From Mantamonas sphyraenae STR306 (taxonomy: Eukaryota > Protista > CRuMs), in contig JAPMXV010000007.1 of assembly GCA_026936335.1 (NCBI GenBank), positions 310,001-374,000 of the forward strand: a stretch of 64,000 nt of DNA. The letters are read 5' to 3'. The number at the start of each line of letters is the position of its first letter. Position 1 is the stretch's first letter. Position numbers and translations under genes: made by a program. This document shows, piece after piece, positions 46,568 through 57,300 of the stretch. A model generated the notes under the pieces. It ran no database searches. It was not told the origin of the DNA and saw nothing but the letters and a program-made list of their open reading frames with translations.

Positions 46568-47715
46568 TTATGCGCTGGTGGCACCATAGGACTGGTTGGC
46601 GGAGGAGGAGGACGGGGCATCGTCTTGGTCGTTGAGAGAGGCAAAGCCAGAGTCTTCGGAGCCGTCGGCCTTGATGGGAGAGAGCGGGAAGAGGCTCTTC
46701 TTCATGATCCACCAGAGAGCGTGGTGGATGCCGATGGAGAGGTAGGTGGCGGCGGCCATGAAGGTCATGAAGACGTAAAAGTCAAAGGGCGGGATGGGAG
46801 GGACCTTGACGGAGGTCTGCTGGTGGTTCCAGACGTCGTAGCTGCGGAAGAAGAGGTTGAACTTTGCGCCTCCAGAGTTACCCTGCATCTTGTACTGGGA
46901 GTTGAGGAGGGAGTACTGCTGGGAGGTGATCTTGCCTGCTTGGTCGCGGAAGATCTCGGTTGCGAGGGAAACCATGTTGCCCGTGCCAGCACCAAGGACC
47001 ATAAAGTCCTGGGCGCCGTAGGTGGTGATGTCCTGGCAGTTGCGGCTCGTGTCGCCAGGAGTGCCGACGTCGCAGAGGGCAAGCGAAAAGTCGTGGGGCA
47101 CGGGGTTGTTGTTTGCGTCGTAGGCCTGGGCAGTGCAAACGATGGGGGTCTTGGAGCCACGGACCTGGACAAAGGTGCCCTGGGAGTTGAAGAGGCCGCA
47201 GTTCTTTTGGTTGTCGGAGCAGACGCCGGCGGCAAAGTTGTGCGGGAGGGGCTGGTCGCCAGCGGGGGTCATCTGGTTGCAGGTGATGATGGAGTGGTCG
47301 ACCTGGGGTGGGTGGATGAGTGGATGTGCCGGTGTGAGGTTGGGCAGGAGAAGAACAAGCGGGGGAACGGGTGCGGGAACGCGAAAGGAGCCCGAGGAGG
47401 GCGGGAAAATTTTGCGTGTGGTTGGCCGAAGGGCTGCATGGGGCGTGTGGGTCGTACCTGGAAGTTGGTGAAGTTGCCAAAGGTCTGGAGCTTGACGAAG
47501 AATGTGGGGAAGGCGAGTTGGCTGTTGAATGCAAGCCAGCTCTTCCATTCGGAGTGGGCGGCGAGGTTGATTGTGGGCGGGGTGCCGCCGCCAAACTTGA
47601 CGGCCTTGTCGATGGCCGCGCCAAAGAAGATCATCCAAAAGATGACGGCGATGAGGAGGGCAAAGGTCCAACCGCGAGAGTCGTTGCGTGTAGAGAGGTG
47701 AGAAAGCTTGACCAT
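46568..47715 (-). CDS. Two-TM membrane protein with large Cys-containing extracellular loop (~330 aa), ENaC/DEG/PAC-like topology
   Basis: Exons 47715-47458 and 47302-46568 (phase 0). TM1 is WTFALLIAVIFWMIFFGAAI, followed by a beta-rich loop with 6 Cys, then TM2 FYVFMTFMAAATYLSIGIHHALWWIM. Both termini are short. The channel-family assignment is inference. Confidence 0.8.
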
Positions 47716-47786
47716 GGCGTGGGGTGGTTGGGTGGTTGGCGGAGCGCGGTGGGGGGCAAGAGGTGGAGAAAGAGAAAGAATTGATC

Positions 47787-49609
47787 ATGGGAGGGCATCG
47801 AAAGAAACCTTACAGTGGGAAGAAGAAAAAGGCGCAGTTGAAGGCAAAGAGGTTGCGAGAGAGTGCGGTGGAGGCGCGGGTGGAAGAGGAACTGGGACGG
47901 AGGGGGCAGAGGAAAGAGGTGGAGGTGGAGGTGGAGGAGGGGGAGAAGGAGGAAGAGGTGGAAGTGGGGTTGGATGTGGAGGTTGATATGGTGGAGACGA
48001 CATCGTTTTCGTCGTCGTCCGGCGGGCATGGGGGCAAGGAGCGAAGGTAGGAGGTTGGACGGAAAGCGAGCGGGTCAGGGTGGAAGGAAAGACTGACATG
48101 GGATGGGGGCTCAGTCTGCGCACAGAGTTTGAAAAGGAAACGAGGGAGGAGGTGGACGAACGCAAGGCAAAGATGGTGGAGGCGGTGGAGTTTGTCGGGG
48201 AGGATCGGCTGACGGAACACGGGGCGGTGATTCTGGGGCCGGAGACAAAGTTGGCGGGGTTTGGGGCTGGGGATGAAGGACCCGAGGTGGTGGAGATGCC
48301 AAAGAGGCCGCGTGGAAGCCGGCATCAGAGCGCAGGGCAGCTGGAACGGAGTGAGCAGAAGTACTTTCGAGATTGGTTGCGGGGGGTAAAGGGCAAACAC
48401 GGGCGTGGGAAGCTGAACAACTTTGAGCACAATCTGGAGGTGTGGAGACAGCTTTGGCGTGTGGTTGAACGTTCGGATGTGCTGCTACTGACGGTGGACG
48501 CGCGGCATCCGGTGTACAACTTTCCGGTGGCGCTGTATCGGTATGTGACGGGGGAGGAGGTGAACAAGCCGCTGGTGCTTGTGATGAACAAGGTGGATCT
48601 TGTGTCGCGGGAGTGTGTGGTGGCGTGGAAGGAGTACTTTGAGGAGCATTTCCCGAAGCTGCGAGTGACCTGGTTCTCGTCTTATCCGCGGGAGGGCAGC
48701 GTGACAGACGACGAGGCGACTGCGGATCGGAAGAGGAAGAAGATCGACCGTCGACGTCGTTGGAAGGCGTCTGGGGTGCGGCGGCTGCTGCGGCTGTGCC
48801 GGGAGCTGGGGTTTGAGGTGGGAGTAGGAGGAGGTGGTGGGGAGGAGGGATCGTATGAGATGAACACGGAGGAAGAGGAAGCGTACCGAGAGGAACACGG
48901 GGGGTCGTTTGTGACGATAGGGACGATCGGGAATCCGAACACGGGCAAGAGTTCGCTGATCAACGGCCTGGTGGGCAAGATTGTGGTGAGCGCAAGCAAG
49001 CAGCCGGGCCACACGAAACACTTTCAGACGATTTTTGTGAGCCGGGACATCCTGCTGTGCGACTGTCCTGGACTGGTGTTTCCTGCGGTGGACGTGGGCC
49101 GCGCTGAGCAGGTGCTTTTTGGGAGCTTTCCGATTGCACAGCTGCGGGAGCCGTTTTCGTCGCTGCGGTTTGTGGCAGAGCGTGTGCGGTTGGAGGATGT
49201 GTATCATTTGGATTTGGAGCACGAGGACGTTGGGGGAGGTGAGGCGAGCGAGTGGTCGCCGCATCTTTTGTCGGCTGCGTACGCGGTGCAGCGTGGATAC
49301 AGGATGGAGCGTAGCGGGTTGCCGGATATCTATCGTGCGGCGAGGGAGATGCTGTGGGATGTGGTGGATGGGAACGTGTTGCTGCACTTTGTGCCGGAAG
49401 GGTATCTTGGGCTGGAGGCGGATGAATCGTGGTGGAGTGAGGGGGAGGATGAGGAGGAGGAGGAGGACGGGGAGGGAGAGGAGGGAGAAGCTGTGAAGAG
49501 GGCGATGTGGGAGTTGTTGGGGGAGGAGGACGGGGAGGAGGACGGGGAAGAGGAGGGCGGGGTGGGGAGCGTGTTTGATTTGCTGGGGGAAGTAGGAGAT
49601 GTACATTGA
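47787..49609 (+). CDS. GNL1: Circularly permuted GTPase, GNL1-like (YlqF/YawG family)
   Basis: Exons 47787-48046 and 48115-49609. RKKPYSGKKKKAQL N-terminus, FEHNLEVWRQLWRV, G4 NKVD before G1 GNPNTGKS, G2 PGHTKHFQT, G3 DCPG. Confidence 0.88.
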
Positions 49610-49619
49610 AGAGGTTGTG

Positions 49620-51345
49620 TCATGACCAGATGGAACCGTAGGTGGAGTTTTGGGCAAAGCCAAAGGCGGTGGTCTTTTGGGATTGGGCAAAGATGCGTCG
49701 GAGGAGTAGGGAGAGGATGATGGCCAGGAGGAGGAAGGCGGCCATGAAGAGGATGGTGCAGTTTGCACAGAAGGGGCGTGTCATGTAAAAGAGATTGACG
49801 AGGAGGATGGGGGCGAGGAGCTTGAAGAGAGAGTGGAGTGCAGAGACGGCGGCAAAGATGGAGCCCTGCTGGTCGACGTCGACGGCGCGGGAAAAGATGG
49901 CACGCATGATGGGGATGGAGAGGGATCCGAGGGCCTCGACGGCAGTGGAGGCGAGGAGAAGCGGGTAGTCCCGTTCGCCAAAGGCATAGCCGAGGTAGGA
50001 GAGGAGGTAGAGGGCAAGGGTGAGGTGGAGGGAGAGGAGCTCACGGTAGAGGGAGTTTGGGTTTCGGTAGCGCCAGGCGAGGTAGAGGAGGAGGGCAAAG
50101 GCGATGAGGGAGGTGTGTATGACGAGGCGGGAGGAGAGGAAGCCTCGGAGATCAAGGTTGTTGACGGAGAAGCCGATGGGGAGCTTCCAGAGGAGGTAGC
50201 CAAAGCCGCGGGTGGCTAGGATGGTGGTGCAGAAGATGAGAGTGAGGGCGAGGGAGGCCCAGTGGGAGCCGATGGTTGTTGGGGCGGCGAGAAGGGCGAG
50301 GGTGCCCAAGGTGTTTGCTGAGCGCCAGTTGAGAGCATGGAGGCGGTAGACGTCGACGAGAGACTCGCGCATGAGGAGGTAGATGAGGAGAACGAGGGCG
50401 GAGACGGCGATGAGGAGGTAGAAGGGAGCATGGAGGCCCCAGAGAGAGACCATGCCGGGAAGGATGAGGAGGGCAAGGAGCTCTGAGAAGCAGAGGATGA
50501 GCTGTGCGGCAGTGAACATGGCAGTGCGATCTGAAGAGACGGGTTCGGTGAGGTCTGAGAGAAAGGCAAAGGTGCAGACCTGTGGGGGGAGGGGAGCGGG
50601 GGTGGGGGGAAAGGGTGAGGATTTGGCGGCAAGGTACACGCAAAGGGATTCAACTGACAAGGATGACGGCCGAGTCGCCGGAGAAGCCCTGAAAGGCATT
50701 GAGGGCAACGATGAGTTCGAAGGAGGCGTCTGTGGCGTAGCAGATGGTGAGGAGGATGGCGTAGGCGAGAGAGGCGACGGCCGGGACGAGAAAGATGGGC
50801 TTGCGGCCGTACTTGTCGCTGAGCTTGCCGTATGTGCCGACGGCCAGAATGGAGGGGAGAACGCGGGCAATGCGCATCCAGAGAGACCAGTGGTATACTT
50901 GGGCATTGAGAGCGTCAGCAGTTGCGGGCGGGAGGTGGCGTGTGCAATCGAGCTCGTGGTCGTCGAGGGTGAGGCCTGCGTGTGTGCAGAGGCGGGCACG
51001 GACGATGAGGTCGTGGAGGATGGGGTCGACGAGATGGTTGGCAAAGGAGTAGAGGAGGAGGGCGACGAGGGCGAGCCACCAGCGGGCCTGGGTGTGGTTT
51101 GAGACGCCGTTGAGGATGAGGCCCGAGTAGGTGCCGCCAGAGGAGGAGGTGATGGCAGAGGAGTTTGAACCAAAGAAGATTTCCTGTTTGCCAAAGGAGG
51201 AGTTGCTTGCGAATTTGAGAGGGGTGGAGGAGGAAGGGGGAGGGGCTTGGGAGGCCGAAGGAGTCGGGGTGGGGGTTGGAGTGGGATTGGGGTTGGGTTT
51301 GGGGGCCGTGTTGGCTGGAGGTGAAGCCGCGCCTTGCCAGAGCAT
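49620..51345 (-). CDS. MFS transporter, SLC46/TetA-like
   Basis: Exons 51345-50659 and 50579-49620 (GTCAGT donor). About 12 TM helices, GKLSDKYGRKP, FAFLSDLT, MRES, RAIFSRAVDVDQQGSIFA, and two Cys in loop 1 as in SLC46. Confidence 0.85.
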
Positions 51346-51393
51346 GGTGGTTTGGGTTGGTGGGGAGGGTGCGGGGTGCGAGGCAACGTGACG

Positions 51394-54300
51394 ATGTCGG
51401 AGCGGAGTGCACAGTTGCGGGCTTTGTTTGAGAGGAAACGGAAGGAGAAAAAGAAGAGGGAGAGTGAGGAGAAGGAAAAGGAGAAGGAGGAGGAGGTGGT
51501 GGTAGAGGCGGCGGTGGAGGAGAAGGAGGATCTTGGGGATCTGAAGGGGGCGGAGGAGCTGGCCAAGGCTGTGCATGAGGTTGTGAGGGAAGAGGGCCAG
51601 GAGATGGCGCAACAAGACAGGGATACAGAGGCAGATCGGCTGGCAGGGGCGGTGGCAGAGCTGGGAAAGGAGGAGGAGGAGGTGGTGGTTGTGGTGGAAG
51701 AAGGGAAGGAGCAAGATGAGGAGGGTGGTGGAGAGGAGCAAGGTGTGGCAGGGGCTGGGGATGATGTGGTGGTGGATGTGGGAGGGGAGGTAGAGGTGGA
51801 GGAGGCAGAGGTGGAGAGCGGAGCTTTTGGCGGGACGGATGACAAAGGGCGGGAAACGCAGGAACGCGGGGGATTGGTGAGTTGAGTGGGTGGGAGAAGG
51901 GGGAGATGGCGGGAGGGGGTATTGCGAGGAGGGCATTGACACGGAAGCGGGCAAGCAGCAATTCACAATGACGGCAGCGGAGGGCCGGGAGGAAAGGATC
52001 AGCGCGTTGGTATGTTTTGCGTGGTTGTGGGAGGAGGGGGTTGAGGGTGGGGCAGAGCAGTGGCTGACGCGGGAGGAGTGGTGTGGGGCTGCAGGCGACT
52101 CGGGTGTACAAAGAGCCAAGCGTGCCGTTGTATCGGGATCTTGTGGTGGAGTTGAGCAGCCAGCATGTAAGCGCACAGGCGCGGATAGGGGAGCTGGAGA
52201 GATACATCGAGCTGATGGGAGGCGGAGATTCGTCGTCGGAGGAGAGCGATGAGGAGAGTGGGGAAGCAGCGATGCTGAGGATGCAGGTGCAACGGCTGAA
52301 GAAGCAGCTGGCAGAAGGCGGGGGCGGCTCGGCAGGAGGTCAGCGGGTGCAGGAGCTGGAGGAGGTGGTACATAGGCGGGAAGAGACGATTCGAGTGATG
52401 GGACAGAACAGGATGGAGATGGAGAACGAGTACAAGGCAAGGGTTCATGCGTTGGAGGCGCAGTTGAGGGATTCGGAGGCAGCGATGGAGCGCGAGGAGG
52501 GGGAGGGGAGGGAGGAGGTGAAGAGGGTGCGTATGGAGAGAGATGAGGCGTTGAGGAGGGTTCGTGAGGTGGAGGGGAGGGAGGGGGAGGTTAGGAGGAA
52601 GTGGGAAGAGGAGCGGGGGGTTTGGGAACAGGAGAAGGCGGGGTTGGAGGCCGAGCGGGATCGGGTTGTTGTGGATTTGCAGGAGATGGAGAAGGTGTTG
52701 GAGGAGGAGCGAGGTGTGTGGGTACAGGAGAAGGAGGGGTTGCAGGAGAAGGTGGCAGGGTTGGAGGCCGAGCGGGATCGGGTTGTTGTGGATTTGCAGG
52801 AGATGGAGAGGGTGTTGGAGGAGGAGCGAGGTGTGTGGGTACAGGAGAAGGAGGGGTTGCAGGAGAAGGTGGCAGGGTTGGAGGCCGAGCGGGATCGGGT
52901 TGTTGTGGATCTAAACGAGGTGAAGAAGGTGTTGGAGGAGGAGAGAGAAGGGTCGACACAGGCAGTGGAGGAGGAGAGGAGGAAGCTTGCGGAGGAGGTG
53001 GAGAGGTTGGAGAGGATGCTCGAGAAGGAGCGGGGTGTGTGGGCACAGGAGAAGGCGGGGTTGGAGGCCGAGCGGGATCGGGTTGTTGTGGATCTGAACG
53101 AGGTGAAGAAGGTGTTGGAGGAGGAGAGGGAAGGGTCGACACAGGCGGTGGAGGAGGAGAGGAGGAAGCTTGCGGAGGAGGTGGAGAGGTTGGAGAGGAT
53201 GCTCGAGGAGGAGCGGGGTGTGTGGGCACAGGAGAAGGCGGGGTTGGAGGCCGAGCGGGATCGGGTTGTTGTGGATCTGAACGAGGTGAAGAAACAGTTG
53301 GAGGAGGAGAGAGAAGGGTCGACACAGGCAGTGGAGGAGGAGAGGAGGAAGCTTGCGGAGGAGGTGGAGAGGTTGGAGAGTATGCTCGAGGAGGAGCGGG
53401 GTGTGTGGGCACAGGAGAAGGCGGGGTTGGAGGCCGAGCGGGATCGGGTTGTTGTGGATCTGAACGAGGTGAAGAAACAGATGGAAGAGGAAACAAGCAG
53501 GGCTCAACTGGAGCGCACACAGGCTGTACAGGCGCTTGAAAGTGACAGGCAGAGGCTGCAGGCAGAGCTGGACACTGCCACACAGGCCCTAGGCCAAGCA
53601 AAGGAGCAACTAAAGGAGGTCGCGCGAGAACACGAGGAAGCACAGGAGTCCATGCGCAGCTCGTTGCATGCCCTCGAGGAGGAAAGAGGCAGGCTGCAGG
53701 CGCAATTGGAAGAGGCTGGGTCAGAATCTGCCGCTCAGCAGACAACCATCGACTCGCTGGAACAAATGCTGGCGTCTAAACAGGAGGACTTGCTTATGCA
53801 AGCCGTGGAGGAGAGCCAGAATCTGCAGCAGCAAGTGGCCACTCTCAAATCTGAGCTCGCACAAGCGCAGAGCAGATGCAAGCAGCTGGAGGAGGCCAAC
53901 GACGAGCTGAAAAAGACGAGCGGAGACGCAGCGCGCGTGCCCGGTCTCGAAAGAGAACTCGCGCGCCTGAACGAAGAGCTAGAGAGCACGCAGCACACAC
54001 TTGCACAGACCAAACGTGAGGCACAGTCGTTGCAAGACTCGAACGGTCAGCAGAGCAGCGCCATCACCGCGCTTCAAGAGCAGCTCGCACAGCGGGAGAA
54101 CGAGTACCAGGAAGCTCAGGCCACGCTCAACAAGCGCGAGAGTACCATTCGCAAAATGATGGAGAATAGGAAGCGCGCAGAGGACGAAACGGAAGCCGAA
54201 GTCGCTGACGAGCGGCGCAAGAGCGAGGCGCTTCGTACACAGGTCGAAGAGCTGCAGCAACAACTCGCAAGCACACGCGCAGACCTGTTGCAGAGCCAGC

Positions 54301-57300
54301 AGGAGGCAAGGCAGGAACGCGAACAGCTGGACAAGGTCACCGAAGAGCGGGACGTGCACATGGAGCTCATGGAGAAGCTGCAGGAGGCGACACGCGTCGC
54401 AGAGGAACGCCTCGAGCAGGTCAGCCAGACAAAGGAGATGCGGGCAGAGGAGGAACGGCAGCTGATGCACCAGGTGCAGGTGCTGACGCAGGAGAACGGC
54501 CAACTGCGCGACCAGATCCAGCGGGTGTCGTTTGAGCGCTCGCCCGCCTTTGTCAAGATGGAAGAAAACCTGGCGACATACCGCAGTCTGTCTGCAAGTG
54601 AGAAAGAGCGCGCAGACTCGCTCGAGGCACGTGTGGAGGAACTCAACGCGGAGCTGGTCCAGGAGCGCGCCTCACGCGAGCAAGCAGTGCGAGACGAGCG
54701 CAAGTGGTACGCAGAGGCCGAACAGACACGTGCTACCCTGCAGGACACACGCGTGCAACTCGAGAGTGTCGAACAGCAGGTGGAAAGTCTGCAGACACGG
54801 CGGGCGTTGCTGGTAACCGAGAACCACAGGCGCATGGAGGCAACAGAGAACCTGACCGCACAGTGTAAGCAGCTTCAAGAACAGGTGGCCATGCTGCAAG
54901 ACTCGCTGGAGCAAGCGACACAGCTGGAGGAAAACACACAGGCAAGGCTGGTGGAAGAGCACGCCGCACTCGAGATGACACGCAAACAACTCGCACACGA
55001 GCGTGAACGCGCAGAGACTCTGAACACAGAACGCAGCAGTATGGCAAACAGGCTTCAGAGCGTGCAAAACAGCGTGGACGAGTGGAGGCAACGGTACGAG
55101 AGCGCCGAAGAAATCGGCAGGCAGGTCAAGGAACAGGCCGGGAAGCTGGAGAACAGCATGTTTGGGTACGTGCAACTGCAGCAAGCAGTGGAAAAGCTGC
55201 AATCCAGACTGGAGCAGACCAACGCACAACTGGCGCTGCGCGAAGAGGAGCTGCTCGAGCAACAGGAGGAGCTCGCATACGAGCGCAGCATGGGCCAGGA
55301 CGTTCGTGGGCAAGTGGAGGAGCAGGAGGCGCACATCGACAAGCTCAACGTGGAGTTGCGGAGGTTGACAGAGGAGAACAGGCACGTTCATGCGCGTGCC
55401 AATTCCGTAGAGGCCATGATGGAGGAGGAGAGGACACAGAACGAGATTGCGTCTGCGGCCATGCAACAAGACTTGGAGGAGACGGCACGCACACTGCAGG
55501 GGTTGGAAGACGCGTATGTGGTGCAGGGAGACGATATGGCACGCATGCGCAGTGACTACGAAGGGGCAATCCGCGATCAGCGCAGGACCATCCTGGACAT
55601 GCAGCGCGAGCAACAGGCTTTGGCTGAGCGCGTGGAAGAGCTCGGCGGCTCGCTGTTGGACACAGAGGTCAAGTTGGAACGCGCACGCATGCAGCTGGAA
55701 GGAAGCATGGCCCTGGTGAAGGAGCTGAGCGTGGCCAACCAGCAGGTGAGCAACGAGCGTGCACGGTGGGCGGAACGCGCCACGTGGCTGGAACACCAGG
55801 TGGAGGCCAAGGTTGTGGAAGCACATCTGCGCGACGAGGAAATGCAGTGGATGCGCGTGGAGCACCTGCGCAGCGTGGCAAGCGTGCAAGCACGGCTGGA
55901 CGAACGATACGCTGTGTGGTCACATGTGCAAACCGAATTGGGCCAAGAGATAGGCTTGATGGTGTTTGCCGCACAGGAAGCAGAGGAAAACCTGATGACG
56001 GACATGTTCCGACTGCAGAAGCGCATCGTAGAAAAGACCGAACAGGAGGAGGCGTACGAACGCGTCATCGATTCGATGCGCGAGGAGTTGACGGAAAGCA
56101 TCAACCGAGCGCAGATGAGCCGCAGCGAGCTGGAGGTGCTGAACAGCAGCATGGTGTCGATGCACGACGAGGAGGAGGTCCGCAGTCTGCAAGCTGAGCT
56201 GGAACGCAGCAAAGCGCGGCTGCAGTTGGCCAGCAGCAACCGCATCAAGCTCAAAACCGAGCTGGAGGCGCAGTTGGAAGAGGCTCAGCGCAAAATGGAG
56301 GCAATGGTGGACAAGGCGGAACATGCAGAGGTGCTGGAGCAGCTTGAAGAGGCCACACGCAAGCTGGCTGGGATGGTGGACAAAGGGGAACACGAGCGCA
56401 AGGTAGCCAAGCTGGAGGAGGCACTGGGGCAGCGTCGCAAGGGCGCAGACGACCTGAAGCGCGAACTGGTGTGGGTGCAGGAGCAGATCACGCAGGAATT
56501 CGTGAGCAAGGAGGTGCACAGTGAGACGGTGCAGGAGCGAGATGCACTGGACGCAAAGTTGAATGACGTGGAGAAGGAGCGAGACGAGCTTCGGGCGCGA
56601 CTGGATGCAACCGTGGGCAGGGACGAGCTGGACGAGGTGGCACGCGAGCGCGCAGCTCTGGCACAGCAGCTGGCACGGATGGTTGACAAAGAGGCGTACG
56701 AAAAGGTCGTGGATGAACGCAATGCGCTTGCGACCAAGGTCGAAGCTATGGAGAAGACGCAGGAGGAACTTGACAGGTCGCAGGAACTGGTGGCCGGAAT
56801 GGTGGAACAGGAGCAGTATGCGGCAGTTGTGGAGGCGAGGGACAGTCTGCAGCGCAAGTTGAACCAAATGGTGGAGCGTGGGAAGCTGGAAGCGGCGCAA
56901 GAACGCATTCGAGAGCTACAGCGAGAGAAGAACGAGCTGCTTGCGTCGCGTGTGGAAGCCAGCGTTGTGGAAGAGCTGGAGGCACGTGTAAAAGAGCTCC
57001 AGGAAGCACAGGAAGAGGACGTGGTCGCACACGAGGTGGAGTCTCTACAGGCGGAAATCAAGGAGCTGCGCAGCATCCACAGCCAGGAGCGACAGACCAT
57101 TCTGGGAGAGAACAAACGGCTGAACGCAGAACTGCGCACTGCCAACGCCCTGCTGGAGAACAAAGCGGACGACAGGGAGATGCAGGCACGCATGGCACAG
57201 CTCGTGGAGGAGAACAGACGCTTGCGAGGACAGCTGGGCACCACACAGGACCTGCTTGCAAACAGGAAGCTGAACGAATCGACCCACAGTGAACTGGAAG

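Noticed and set aside
48040-48120. Apparent premature stop or frameshift in GNL1, and similar breaks in the MFS and DAP3 genes
   Set aside because: Each is resolved by a short GT-AG intron that restores frame, so neither pseudogene nor recoding is needed.
52605-53490. Repeat array as a possible CRISPR
   Set aside because: Units are in-frame coding repeats without unique spacers, there are no cas genes, and the context is eukaryotic.
52601-53539. Alternate-frame Gly-rich ORF with repeated GSGCCG
   Set aside because: By-product of the G-rich coding tandem array in the main coiled-coil frame.
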